Assembly: GCA_002269645.1 (NCBI GenBank)
Contig: NIVC01002522.1
Span: 62,001-126,000, forward strand
Direction of reading: 5' to 3'
Origin: Macrostomum lignano
Taxonomy: Eukaryota
DNA: 64,000 nucleotides
Below are positions 35,145 through 48,675 of this stretch, in pieces. The notes beneath the pieces are model-generated. The model did no database searches, was not told the origin of the DNA, and saw nothing but the letters and a program-made list of their open reading frames with translations. Within the stretch, counting starts at the first letter, position 1, and every line of letters starts with the position of its first letter. A program made the translations under genes and the position numbers.

Positions 35145-36055
35145 CATATACTCGTAGATCATAGAGAGATAGATCATAGATCATAGAGAGATAGATCATA
35201 GATCATAAAGAGGTAGATCATAGATCATAGAGTGGTAGATCATAGAGAGATAGATTATAGATCATAGATAGAGAGATAGATCATAGAGAGATAGATCATA
35301 GATGATAGAGAGATAGATCATAGATCATAGAGAGATAGATCATAGATCATAGAGTGGTAGATCATAGAGAGATAGATTATAGATCATAGATAGAGAGATA
35401 GATCATAGAGAGATAGATCATAGAGAGATAGATTATAGATCATAGATAGAGAGATAGATTATAGATCATAGAGAGATAGATCATAGAGAGATAGATCATA
35501 GAGAGATAGATCATAGAGAGATAGATCATAGAGAGATAGATCATAGAGAGATAGATCATAGAGAGATAGATCATAGAGAGATAGATCATAGAGAGATAGA
35601 TTATAGATCATAGAGAGATAGATCATAGAGAGATAGATTATAGATCATAGATAGAGAGATAGATCATAGAGAGATAGATCATAGAGAGATAGATTATAGA
35701 TCATAGATAGAGAGATAGATTATAGATCATAGATCATAGAGAGATAGATTATAGATCATAGATAGAGAGATAGATTATAGATCATACAGAGATAGATCAT
35801 AGAGAGATAGATCATAGAGAGATAGATTATAGATCATAGATAGAGAGATAGATTATAGATCATAGAGAGATAGATCATAGAGAGATAGATTATAGATCAT
35901 AGATAGAGAGATAGATCATAGATCATAGAGAGATAGATCATAGAGAGATAGATTATAGATCATAGATAGAGAGATCATAGAGAGATAGATTATAGATCAT
36001 AGATAGAGAGATAGATTATAGATTATAGATAGAGAGATAGATCATAGATCATAGT
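35145..36055. repeat. GATA-derived complex array (AGAGATAGATCATAG)n
   Basis: Visible. Confidence 0.93.
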
Positions 36056-36104
36056 GTTAGAGTGATGAAGTGAGTGGTAGATTAGAAATCAAATAGAGCA
36101 TTTA

Positions 36105-36590
36105 GAAGAGAGACAGAGGCAGAGAGATCGCAGAGCAGCAGAGAGACAGAGGCAGAGAGATCGCAGAGCAGCAGAGAGACAGAGGCAGAGAGACAGTGGC
36201 AGAGAGATCGCAGAGCAGCAGAGAGACAGTGGCAGAGAGATCGCAGAGCAGCAGAGAGACAGAGGCAGAGAGACAGAGGCAGAGAGATCGCAGAGCAGCA
36301 GAGAGACAGAGGCAGAGAGACAGTGGCAGAGAGATCGCAGAGCAGCAGAGAGACAGTGGCAGAGAGATCGCAGAGCAGCAGAGAGACAGAGGCAGAGAGA
36401 CAGAGGCAGAGAGATCGCAGAGCAGCAGAGAGACAGAGGCAGAGAGACAGAGGCAGAGAGATCGCAGAGCAGCAGAGAGACAGAGGCAGAGAGACAGAGG
36501 CAGAGAGATCGCAGAGCAGCAGAGAGACAGAGGCAGAGAGATCGCAGAGCAGCAGAGAGACAGAGGCAGAGAGACAGAGGCAGAGAGACA
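36105..36590. repeat. Tandem array of GCAGAGAGATCGCAGAGCAGCAGAGAGACAGAG-type units
   Basis: Visible. Confidence 0.9.
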
Positions 36591-36729
36591 GTTGTTGGCG
36601 CTAGGCATATGAAATGAAAAAGACAGCAGAAGCAGAACGCACCAACCGACCACTGTTGTGACGGTGGCAGCTGCTGCAGCCACCGCGTAAATGATAAATT
36701 GTATAGCCTATTGAGTACAGCCTACCTTT

Positions 36730-36853
36730 AAAGCCCCCAGTGTCTTAAAGTTTACAACTTTCCGTGGGTTTTTAGCCCCCCCCTTCCTCTAAAGCCCCCA
36801 GTGTCTTAAAGTTTACAACTTTCCGTGGGTTTTTAGCCCCCCCCCCTTCCTCC
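36730..36853. repeat. Tandem duplication of a ~60-bp unit
   Basis: TAAAGCCCCCAGTGTCTTAAAGTTTACAAC...CCCTTCCTC present twice. Confidence 0.9.
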
Positions 36854-37794
36854 CAAGTCTCAGTCTCAGACCGACCGACACCTTTTTAACTGGAGGCCTG
36901 GCCCTGAGGCTTTAGGTAATAGACAGACAGACAGACAGACAGACCGCGCGGTGGAGTGGACGGCGGAGTCAAGAGAGCGAGAGCGGGTGGCTGCGACTGC
37001 AACTGGCAAAGTGACACACCAGTCACATGCACCCAATAGCGGTTATTGTGGGTTACACACAGGAATGAAATGAGCGGGGCAGAGAGAGGGTGCAATAAAA
37101 TTGTCTGAGAATGCCGCCCGCCGCCGTCCGCGGGGCTCATGCATCAAAGTGGCGTTTTACGACCGGCCTGCCCTTGCCCCCCCCCCCCTCCTCCCCCATA
37201 GCTTTTGGTGGCGGGCCGCCTTTGATGCAATGATGCGACTCGTCTGCGCTGACAGATTGATGTCTTTCGAGGAGGCCGGCACGCGAGCCAGCCCTAGAGA
37301 GGGGGGGAGGGGTGGCAGCGACTGCGCAGCGGTTTTGATTTACGGCTGAGGCCCCCGCAACCTTCCAATCCAATTCCAGAGTTTTGGCCGGGGGGCTGCT
37401 GCGGCTGCTAGGGCAGGAAGATAGAGAAAGAAACAGGAAAACATTGAAAGAAAATTTAAAGGTGAGATAGAGGGATAGACCCGGTATTGTCTGGGCCATC
37501 AGTCTCCTAAGTCTGACTTTAGGGAAACCAAACGCAGACTGTGGGGGTCGGCAACTGCCATAATTTTATCTTTGTTTCCGCATTTGCTTTATAGAAGAAA
37601 GGTGGGCCAGCCAGGTTTCTTCTAGGTGCAACGCAAGTAGTGAGGTGAGGCCCGTGCTGTTCCACTTTAAAATGGAATTTACCGGATGACCGAAACTTCA
37701 AACTGGCAATCTTCGTATTAAAATTGGCTCCGTTTGAAAAAAATGACAATCAGAAAGAAGCTACCCAAATACCGGTAAAAATCGCACCCTCAGG

Positions 37795-38235
37795 CCTCAG
37801 ATTAGAAAATGTCACCTCAGAGTAAAAAGGACATTCTCAGAATTAAAATGGCAGTCTCAGATCTAAAAATGGCACCCTCAGATTAAAGAATGGCACCTTT
37901 AGCTCTATAGCCATGGCACCCTCAGATAAAAAATGGCACCCTCAGATAAAAAATGACACCCTCAAATTAAAAAATGGCACCCTCAGATAAAAAATGGCAC
38001 CCTCAGATAAAAAATGCCACCCTCAGATTAAAGAATGGCACCTTTAGATCTATGGCTATGGCACCCTCAGATAAAAAATGGCACCCTCAGATAAAAAATG
38101 GCACCCTCAGACTAAAAACAGAATCTCCAGATTAAAAAGGCATTCTCAGCTTAATAATGGCATTCTCAGATTTAAAAAATGGCACCATCAGATTTGAGAA
38201 TGGCATCCTCAGATTAAAAATGGCATCCTCAGATA
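37795..38235. repeat. ~19-20-bp degenerate repeat (AAAAATGGCACCCTCAGAT)n
   Basis: Visible. Confidence 0.88.
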
Positions 38236-39760
38236 AAGCCAGTTAAAAGTGCCTGCGTGCAGTTGAATTTTATGCGGTAAGATATAAAACCCTTAACACT
38301 TTCACAACGCTTGCCGCAATTCTCTCTCTGAGTTTTATTTATTGCCAACATGCATATCTTCCATGCAGTTTCCAACTTGCTGATTTCTCCTCCTTTCCTA
38401 GAATCTACATTCGAGCCTTTTGAAGTTCAAGCTGCCTCCGCCCATACGTGAAATATAGATATTTATTCACCCCGCGGGGAAAAAGGCTTTCAGCGCCAAG
38501 GCGCAATAATTGTATAGAATTTCGGCTGTCTCCAAGTGAGGTCGTGCCCCCCCCCCCCCTATTTGGCGCTTTGATGCAACTCAAATAGCTCAGAGCTTTG
38601 GCACCAAATTGCTCTGTTTTCAACCTATTGCATATACAGCGGCTTCTGGGCCTTGGCAGTGGGTGGTCGTTATTGCCTTTTTGTAGCACTTCTGCTCTCC
38701 GGCTGGCAAGAAGGCGGAGGGATCAGGTTTGGGGCACTAAATTATGTTTCAGAAATGTTTCAGAAGTTTTCCAGCCGTTAACCCCCCCTCTCTCTCTGCC
38801 TCACCTCAAATCATGCGATATATGCTCGATGGGTTTAGGAGAGCGGAGAGGCTGGCTCGCAGCAGCAGCAGCACCGCAAAAGTTCCGACAGTTTTACAGC
38901 GCCCCTGTCAGGCCCGATTCTTCACTCCTGGTTCTCTCCCGGTTGCCGCTTTGCAGGTAAAAAAGTGGTTAATCGAAAAAATAACAAAATAAACAACACA
39001 AAAAAGTTGCCGACAAAAAAGAGGCCAGACAGACTTCCTCGCAGATCTATCGCATTACTGCATGCAGTCCAGCTGCACTACCGGGCGTGTTTAAGGCGCA
39101 TATTATTAATATGAAGTTGAATAGAGAGGCTGCATATATTCGAGTTCGTGAATGATATATGATGCAGGTCGCTAGTCTGTCACTGAGTCCTCGCGCTAGA
39201 ATATTGGAGCTGAGTTTGTCTAGTTCAAGATGACTCCCCCCAGCAGCCTCGGAGCCTCATCTATTCAGTTTATGGTAGTTCTTGAAATTTATTGCCATTC
39301 AGGCCTGCATTTGATTATGGAAGTTTTTTCTGTCTCTCCGCCTGAGTCACTGACTAGCCCCGGTCCGCTCCAGCAAAACAGATACATTACAGCTCTGCTG
39401 CCTGCTTGCCTCCTCGGCCTCTTAAATCTTATTTCCCCGCGTAGACAAAAATTTGGTTCATTAATTTAGATATATAGATTCGTGCTTTCTTGTTGAAGAG
39501 GAGCGAAGACCGCCGACAATCCCGCATGCACGGGCGGGCGCTGGCTGCTTGGAGGATTGCAAATACGTTTTTACTCGAATCAAATTGTAGCTAATACCGG
39601 AGAGAGAAACTGTTTTAAACTTTTTTTATTTGACAGAATTGGTTCCGCGACAGTTTATGCTGGAAGCATCTTAAACTTAACAAAGAATCATCTTTATTCA
39701 CTTGTGCCCGCCCGCACCTGCATTTCTGCTCTACAGCAGGCATCCGCCCGACTCATCAGG

Positions 39761-41016
39761 ATGTCGTCGCCTACGCCGCAGGGGCAGCAGCAGCAGAAGC
39801 GCTCAGCCAGCGCCGAGCTGCCCTCCGCCTTCAGACCGCCACCAACAGCCTCCGCCACCGCCGCCGCCAGCTCTGTACCGCCGAAGAAGCGGGCCAGAAA
39901 CCATCAGGACGGGGAGCCGGAGCCCGGAGCCGCGTCTCCTCTGGACCTGTCTACACCTGCCAGTTTAAGCCGGAATGCTGCTGCTAACGCTGCGGAACCG
40001 GATGTCGATACCAGCGACGACCCGGAAGCTGTTCGTCACGGTGTGTCTTCGTCTGCCGCAGCTGCAGCGGCGGCCTACATGGCCCGCTGCGCTGAGACAT
40101 TCCGGACGATGAACTCCACAGCATCGGCTGAGGAGCCCGCAGTCACATCAGCTGCCGACTGCTGGACGGCCATGAACCAGTGGCAGGCCTCTTTGCAGGC
40201 TCAGTACCTGTACTATTCGTCTCTGGCCCTCTCCGGCCTGGTGCCACCGCTGCCGCCGCAGCCGCCACCGGCACCGCAGCAGCTCCAATCGACCGCCGCT
40301 GGCCCCAAGCTGCACCACGCCGCAGGCATCTTGTCGCCAGGCTTCAGCAGCCTCTTCTCGTCGCTGCAGATTCCTCCGCCACCGCCGCCACCACCAACGT
40401 CGTTTCCAGCGACGGTGCCACAGGCTTCGAGTCTGGCTGCATCGGCTTTGGCGCAGTCTCAGCGCTCAATTCAAGAGGATTCGCCGAGTCCGTCCAGGCG
40501 GCAGCAGCTGACGCCTCAGCCGAACCCGTCATCGTCATCAGCCTTGACACAGCAGCAGCAGCAGCGCCGCATAAAGGCGACCAGAGCAACACCTGCCGCG
40601 AGCATCCCAGCGCCCGTGATTGCCGCAGCAGCCGCCGCCGCTGCCGCCGCTGCCCCGCCGGGCAGTTCCAAGGCGTCGCCGCCGTCGTCAGTTTTCCCAA
40701 CTACTGAGCGGCAGTCGAGCGGCGAGACCGACTTTCAGTGCTCCTGCGGCCGGGCTTTTGCCAGCCTCATCAGCCTGACGCTGCACCTGAAGGAGACTGG
40801 CCACGGACCGGGAGTCGCCTGCGGCCGCGACCGCGACATCCCCAAGCTGGTGCGCGGCCAGGACATGTGGATCAACTCCGAGACGGAGCAGACCAGAGAG
40901 ATTCTGCGCTGCATCCGCTGCAAGCAGAGCTTCCGCACCCTGCCGGAGCTCACAATGCACATGATGAAGACTCGGCACTATACGGAGATCATCTACACGG
41001 ATTCGGCGCCGTCCCA

Positions 41017-41047
<31 letters not shown>

Positions 41048-42277
41048 CAACAGCAAGCAGGCACTGGGTCTTCTGCAGCGGCTCGATTTCCTTCGGTGGG
41101 TAAGGACGAGCGCCAAGCAGCAGCGGCTGCAGCTGCCGGTAAGGAGCGAGCAGGACAGCAGCAGAGCCGCGGTAGCCGCGCGGAGGTGAAAGAGGCAGAC
41201 TCCGCCACCGATCCCCAGCAGCAGCAGCGAGCGGGCGGCGCTACCAGCACCCTGCAAAAGATGCAGCACTTTGTGGAAGCCAGTCTGCCTAGGCCGGGTC
41301 TCCGGCGGCCGGGCATGTTTCAAGAGGTGCTACAGAGCTCCGTGTTCGACGGCAACGAGCGAAGCGGTGGCACCGGCGCCGGGGCCAGCGGCGGAGACTC
41401 TGACAACGACGACGAGCGCCGGGAAGGTGACAGCGGCGGTCTCGGCGCGGCGGGCAGGGACAGCGTGAGCTATCTGAGCCCGGACAGGCCGACCGAGCAG
41501 AAGGAGAACCCGCTGTCCTCGCTGCAGAAGCTGGTGGACACCGCCGAGAAGCCGTCGGCCGGGTCCGCTGCCGCATCTGCCACATCGGTCGCATCCGCCG
41601 CCGCTGCTCCTGCGATGTCTCCGTCGTTGACGCCACCAGCTTCGGAGATGACATCATCAACAGCCAGACCGGAAAGTCCGGCAGTCTCAGCCGCCGCATC
41701 GGCCGTCAGCAGCAGGCATACGGTGATCATGCTGAGCCCAACGTACATCTACCAGAGCGGCCTGTACCCATCGGGATTCCCCGTTTGCCACCCGTCGGCG
41801 CTGGACCTGTCCAAGCTGCAGCAGCGCTCTGATGAAACTTCGCCGCTGAAAAAGTCTACCGCGGCATCTACTGCTGCCGCTGCCGTCTCCTTGGCGCCTG
41901 TCGCGTCGTCGGGTTCGACAACGGCCGCGTCGCTGCCAGCAACCAGCGGTGCGGAGCCGGCGGCTGCCGACAAGCCGACGAGCGCTTGGCCGGACTCGCT
42001 GATGCAGAAAAAGGCCAAGTGCCACTACTGCAGCAAGCCGTTCGCCAACAAAGGTCAGGTGCGCCTGCACGTCAGCAAGGGCAAGTGCCCCAGCCTGCTG
42101 GCCCGCCTGCCCACCGCCGCGCTGCCGCCGTTCCCCTTCTTCCCGGCGCTGGACTACATCAAAGCGGCAGGTCGCTTCCATGCCGCCGCCGCTGCCGCCG
42201 CCGCGGCCGCCTCCGTGGCATCAGCGACAGCACCTTCGGGCGGCTCAACAGCTGCAGGCAAGGAGTTGCAGGCCTGA
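39761..42277 (+). CDS. tsh: Teashirt/tiptop (TSHZ) family zinc-finger transcription factor, 838 aa in one exon
   Basis: C2H2 fingers FQCSCGRAF...HLKETGH and ILRCIRCKQSFRTLPELTMHMMKTRH joined by the tsh-diagnostic KLVRGQDMW linker; NPLSSLQKLV motif; CtBP-type PLDLS and ALDLS; terminal finger KCHYCSKPFANKG. In-frame acceptor CTCTACAG at 39736 implies an upstream exon. Confidence 0.88.
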
Positions 42278-42439
42278 ACTGTGGTTGGACACTCAGCATA
42301 CCGAGCTCGTTGAGAACTGTGCGGCTTTTGTATTGAATTTTAATCAGTTCCGAACAACTCAAAACAAATCTGAGAGGGTCGTTCAAACCACAATCAGGAT
42401 TGCTCAAACTTTGTGCTTCGATTCATTGGGAGGGGGGGG

Positions 42440-42620
42440 GGCTATCTCGTCCTCCGACTCTCGCGTCATACCCCCTAGTATCCGGGTTCGAGTCCGTGAG
42501 CGGGCAATTTAATTTGGGCTTCCAGGCACATAAATTGACTTAGAAGGTGTCTGCGGAGTGTGTGTGTACATGCCTGGTGATGAAAAGTCAAGGCCGCTGT
42601 ACACCTGCTCTGAGCTCAGG
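42440..42620 (+). mobile_element. Second copy of a family-B-like SINE (box A degenerate)
   Basis: Box B GGTTCGAGTCC 42485-42495; 3' GTGTACATGCCT...AGGCCGCTGTACACC similar to 25760-25800. Confidence 0.5.
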
Positions 42621-42826
42621 GGGACAGTCAGGGCCGCTGTATACACCTGCTCTGAGCTCAGGGGACAGTCAGGGCCGCTGTATACACCTGCTCTGAGCTC
42701 CGGGGACAGTCAGGGCCGCTGTATACACCTGCTCTGAGCTCAGGGGACAGTCAGGGCCGCTGTATACACCTGCTCTGAGCTCAGGGGACAGTCAGGGCCG
42801 CTGTACACACCTGCTCTGAGCTCAGG
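42590..42826. repeat. ~41-bp tandem repeat built from the SINE 3' end
   Basis: (GGGACAGTCAGGGCCGCTGTATACACCTGCTCTGAGCTCAG)n, 5-6 copies. Confidence 0.9.
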
Positions 42827-43629
42827 TGGACGTGACTGTTAACTACTTTTCTGCGGGTCAACTTTCTAGATTGGTTAGTGGTGGCGTGAACGGCCTAGTT
42901 ACCGCTTTAATACCATAGCAACGTCAATTCGAAAAGAGCTCTTGCTGATCTTGTACTGCAGCGATTCCAGTTGAAAAAAAAGTTAAAATGGCGCCCCAGC
43001 TTGTCTCCTGATGGGATTCAGTTCAAGTATTTTGCATAGCGCGCTCTCTTATCGTAGGAAAACAGATTACACATTAAGAAGTATTGTTTTGTAATTATTT
43101 TCACTCAACCCGTACCGCCAATGCTTTTTGTGCACCGCATCGCCTGCTTACCGCTACTACTCATGCCCGTCTGCTGCGTTCTAACAAATTTTAAAAAAAT
43201 CAGATCAAATTGCCGATCGTTGCTCTGGTATACTATATTGCATATTATAGTTTCGAATATTATTTATTGTACAACGTTAAAAAACTTTGCTAAACCTCAG
43301 CGTATAATGCCTTGTTAACACTGTAAACTAACTTCAACGTTCTGGTCACCATAATTGTCCAGATTGCACAAGGCAATCAGTTTTAGGCGAATCTGTCCAT
43401 GGCTTTTTTCTAGCGTCTACCATGGTTAAACTATGCACAATAAATTGAATAAGCTTTTAATCGGATTTCAGTCAGTTGCTTTATAATTATCATATTTGTT
43501 TTCAATTTAAATTTGAAGCAACAATAAAGATGTCAAGTTCTAGTACGTATTTGTATTCGTATGTCCTTGCTTATTTTGGAACTATAGAAACTAATAATTA
43601 TGATATGACATTGATAAAAATATGATGCT

Positions 43630-44530
43630 GTTATTGGTGAGCATCTGATACAACACATGATCCTGCTATTGGTGAGCACCTGACACAGCACATGATCCTG
43701 CTATTGGTGAGCACCTGACACAGCACATGATCCTGCTATTGGTGAGCACCTGACACAGCACATGATCCTGCTATTGGTGAGCACCTGAACACAACACATG
43801 ATCCTGCTATTGGTGAGCATCTGACACAACACATGATCCTGCTATTGGTGAGCATCTGACACAGCACATGATCCTGCTATTGGTGAGCACCTGACACAGC
43901 ACATGATCCTGCTATTGGTGAGCACCTGACACAGCACATGATCCTGCTATTGGTGAGCACCTGAACACAACACATGATCCTGCTATTGGTGAGCACCTGA
44001 CACAGCACATGATCCTGCTATTGGTGAGCACCTGACACAGCACATGATCCTGCTATTGGTGAGAACCTGACACAACACATGATCCTGCTATTGGTGAGCA
44101 CCTGACACAGCACATGATCCTGCTATTGGTGAGCACCTGAACACAACACATGATCCTGCTATTGGTGAGCATCTGACACAGCACATGATCCTGCTATTGG
44201 TGAGCATCTGACACAGCACATGATCCTGCTATTGGTGAGCACCTGACACAGCACATGATCCTGCTATTGGTGAGCACCTGACACAGCACATGATCCTGCT
44301 ATTGGTGAGCACCTGAACACAACACATGATCCTGCTATTGGTGAGCACCTGACACAGCACATGATCCTGCTATTGGTGAGCACCTGACACAGCACATGAT
44401 CCTGCTATTGGTGAGAACCTGACACAACACATGATCCTGCTATTGGTGAGCACCTGACACAGCACATGATCCTGCTATTGGTGAGAACCTGACACAACAC
44501 ATGATCCTGCTATTGGTGAGCACCTGACAC
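43630..44530. repeat. 35-bp minisatellite (ATGATCCTGCTATTGGTGAGCACCTGACACAGCAC)n
   Basis: About 25 contiguous units with no spacers. Confidence 0.96.
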
Positions 44531-45689
44531 CTACATGTACATGTCAGCTGTACTATTGGTATCCTCTCTGACACCTAACACAGGCATTAGCTACAAATCA
44601 ATCAAGGCTATAAACTTTGATAGCAGGTAATTAGGGTCTAAAGCTTGAGACCTGTCAGCCTGGCTTGCTCAGACTCGCACAGACAACTCTAGCCGTGAGA
44701 TACTCAGAGTCGAACCCACTTGAAACAAGCAAATGTTTTGCTAATGCTGAATGCTTTGGAGCTGTTTGCTTGATTAATCAGCCGCTGCCATGACTCCAAC
44801 CAGCTGCACGCCGAGAATTTGTCTTGAGTTATTTCACAGAAAGCTCCCTTCAGTCTCCAGCCAGGCGCACTTGCGGCTCTGATGGATGGCTGCGTAATGG
44901 CTTCGGCGTGCGCCGGAGACCACCTAAGGATCAATTATTGCTGGGGATTTCACTGAGCCCCCCTGATGGAGCGCCTGGGAGATGCTGGGCAGGGTGGCGG
45001 GGCGGGGGGAGAGGAGAGATTTATGGGACAATTATTCGGTTTGAAAATCCATCTGATAAATTATCGCCCCCACCCCGCGAGAGCCTGCGGGCCTTTCCGA
45101 CAGTTTCCTGGAATACTGGAGCGGCCTGGAAGGCCAAAGAGGCCGCCAGCTGTGTGCGTTGGCTTTTGGCTGCTCAAATTTATGTTTGAGAGCGGAGCCC
45201 CGGAGAGTCGGTTCTCAGGGACCAGCAGCATTGCGCATTGATTTATCAGCATCTGGGAGGCTGCAGGAGGAGCGCGCTGCGCTGGCAGGCCGCTGTGAAC
45301 TGCGCTATAAATCTTCAAATTGTGCTTGCTACACTGCGATGGCTGGCTGGGGGGGAGTTGACAAGGCGCGCTCTGGAGGGAGGTGGGGCGCCGGCCTGAT
45401 ACGGCCGGCAGCATCGGGGCAAGCAGCCCGTTGAGACCGGCCGCCGGGAGCAACAACTGAGGAAAACTGCTGGGAAACCATCCCGAGTGACTATTGGTTT
45501 TCAAACTTCTAATTTAAACTGTCGAACTTATATTTCGTCAAGGGGCACTGCCAACCTGCAGTTAGTAATGCTATATTGATTTTGTATTAAAGCGTGTATT
45601 AGATCATTATTCACGGTAATAAAGAAAGGTTGCTCGCTTAATACATAATTTGGAACATATTGGGACCGTAATTGGCACCATAGACTTAC

Positions 45690-46080
45690 AATAGACACCA
45701 TAAACTTACAATAGGGATCATAGATTTACAATTGGGACCATAGACTTACTATTGGGACCATAGACTTACTATTGGGGCCATAGACTTACAATTGGGGCCA
45801 TAGACTTACTATTGGGGCCATAGACTTACTATTGGGGCCATAGACTTACAATTGGGGCCATAGACTTACTATTGGGGCCATAGACTTACTATTGGGGCCA
45901 TAGTAGACTTACTATTGGGACCATAGACTTACTATTGGGGCCATAGACTTACTATTGGGGCCATAGACTTACTATTGGGGCCATAGACTTACTATTGGGG
46001 CCATAGTAGACTTAATATTGGGGCCATAGACTTAATATTGGGGCCATAGACTTACTATTGGGGCCATAGACTTACAATAC
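45690..46080. repeat. 20-bp minisatellite (CCATAGACTTACTATTGGGG)n
   Basis: Visible. Confidence 0.93.
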
Positions 46081-47213
46081 GTCAAGTTCGTCATCAGAAA
46101 CTCATGGTCACCCGTCTAGGAGAGGTCAAGACCCCTGTGACCCCTCTTGGATGCACCACTGGTTGGAAACTATTGTAACAGGACTGACAGGCAGAACAGA
46201 GGGAGGGCAACAGGCGGCATTGTTGTGAACATTGAGCGGCAGACCATCATCGTCCACTGTATTCCCCCAAGGCCTACTTCCTTTTTGATCTGGCCCGCTG
46301 GGGCACTTGCCAGTTGGAGAAGAATTTATATATTGTTCGCCGCTTCCCTTCATCTCTTTGAGCTTCGCTCATCCTTCCATCTCCCGGCCCGGCGCGCGGC
46401 TTCATCAATCAGCGGAATCGGCCCCATCGTTTAACTTGTCAACCTCGCCAGCCTCTCTGGGCCTTGGACGCCTGGTGGCTCTTTTATCGCCGCGGGCTCT
46501 CATAGAGCTTTGCCTATCCGATAGAAGAGGAGAGATGGCTGCCGGGGCCAACGCGCGTGGATCAGTTAATCCTGGGAGCGCTGCCCTCCCCTGAAGCCGA
46601 TTGATTTAGGGCCCACCTCCCCATGCGCCGTTTGCGTCTCCCTCTGTCTGTTGTTAGCCGGCGGTACTGATAGGGGGGGAGAGATATGGGAAGCGGTGCT
46701 GCCGGCCAAGGCTGCCGGGGGTGGGTCTTTATTTTCAAGTGATCTATGGCTTCCTCCGATTCGGTCGGCTATAAGGGGGGGGGCGGCGGACGGACACCGC
46801 AAACAGAATGCGTGTGTGTCGCCACATGTCTGATTTATGGTCACCCGGCACCCCAATCTCCGATCCACGCCAGCTGACCGGGGTCCCGACCGACTCCCAT
46901 CGGAGCATCAGGAGCTACTCGACCGACTAAAAGCAGTTTTAGATGCAAAGTTTTTTAAAACCTATTCGAGCTACAAGGTATTAGCCCGTGTAGCTCCTGG
47001 GTAAAGCTGTAATATCGTAAATCCGGAATTCGATAACAATTTTCTGTCATTTATTGTAGCCTTATGCATTGCTTTGAGAACTTCCGATACTGCTATTCGA
47101 TTTCTTGCGCTAATTTACCCCTTTTTGTGCAGATATGAGCGTGGCATCAACAATACAAACCCACTACTTGCCAAGATCCTACTTCCAGTAGCGACTGAAG
47201 CTACTGTAATGAA

Positions 47214-47950
47214 ACTGACTGACTGACTGACTGACTGACTGACTGACTGACTGACTGACTGACTGACTGACTGACTGACTGACTGACTGACTGACTGACT
47301 GACTGACTGACTGACTGACTGACTGACTGACTGACTGACTGACTGACTGACTGACTGACTGACTGACTGACTGACTGACTGACTGACTGACTGACTGACT
47401 GACTGACTGACTGACTGACTGACTGACTGACTGACTGACTGACTGACTGACTGACTGACTGACTGACTGACTGACTGACTGACTGACTGACTGACTGACT
47501 GACTGACTGACTGACTGACTGACTGACTGACTGACTGACTGACTGACTGACTGACTGACTGACTGACTGACTGACTGACTGACTGACTGACTGACTGACT
47601 GACTGACTGACTGACTGACTGACTGACTGACTGACTGACTGACTGACTGACTGACTGACTGACTGACTGACTGACTGACTGACTGACTGACTGACTGACT
47701 GACTGACTGACTGACTGACTGACTGACTGACTGACTGACTGACTGACTGACTGACTGACTGACTGACTGACTGACTGACTGACTGACTGACTGACTGACT
47801 GACTGACTGACTGACTGACTGACTGACTGACTGACTGACTGACTGACTGACTGACTGACTGACTGACTGACTGACTGACTGACTGACTGACTGACTGACT
47901 GACTGACTGACTGACTGACTGACTGACTGACTGACTGACTGACTGACTGA
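47214..47950. repeat. (GACT)n microsatellite
   Basis: Perfect run of ~735 bp. Confidence 0.98.
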
Positions 47951-48675
47951 GTCCAAGGCCAGTGGCGGCCAGTTCAAAGGAGCGCATAAATGCTTAGCTC
48001 TCAGTTCTTGCGCATCAGAAATTCAGAAGCTGTGAGTTGCTTTTGCAACAAAAAGTTTAATCGAATTAATGCGAAGGTCGCCAAGGAGACGCGGCCACTG
48101 CCAATAGGCGGTCTTGGAGCGACCCGCGTGGGAAATTCCCAAGCTGAGGCCAGCTGATTTGCAGAATATTATTATTGCTCAAAATCTGATTGTGACAAAA
48201 AGCAATCAAGTGAGGAGCTCTGCTTCTCAAAGAACAATCGCTTATTGCGGACGTCTTGGTTGGCATGGCAACGCAGCGGGCCATGATTGAAGCTTTGATT
48301 GACAGGCCAGCTGGCAGCGGCTCAACTGCTGGGCAAACAAGCAGCCGGGCTTGGGCTTAATCACGCTCAAAAACACGGCGTGCATGGATCGATGGAGAGT
48401 GGAATTCGGAGCCGAATCGGAGGAATCAATTACACACCCAGGAGAAAATTTCCACCTGCTTTCTGAATTATTCCTGACTAAAGCATCCAGAGACGGATTG
48501 GGGAGCCACTGGCGCCAACCCGTTTGGGATTAGAGTATAAGGCCTGAGACCTTTTCGAGTCGTCCAATCAGCCTCCATTGCTACTGGCTTGCCAGACAGA
48601 AGAAGCAGTACAAAAATACGTCAGCACAGAAGGTTTCGAGAGCCTGAGAATACTGAGAAGCAGCAGCTAATCGAC

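Noticed and set aside
39557-39760. N-terminal extension of the tsh ORF given by the ORF track
   Set aside because: It starts at TTG, is AT-rich and intron-like, and ends in a good acceptor at 39736.
43630-44530. CRISPR-like array (35-bp units)
   Set aside because: Units are contiguous with no unique spacers, the context is eukaryotic, and there are no cas genes. The same applies to the other 31-41-bp arrays.
46130-46165. GGATGCACCACTG resembling a hAT MITE right end
   Set aside because: I found no matching left TIR or TSD.
48589-48675. N-terminal extension of the DEG/ENaC ORF
   Set aside because: Non-ATG start; the first ATG at 48676 gives a normal-length N-terminus.
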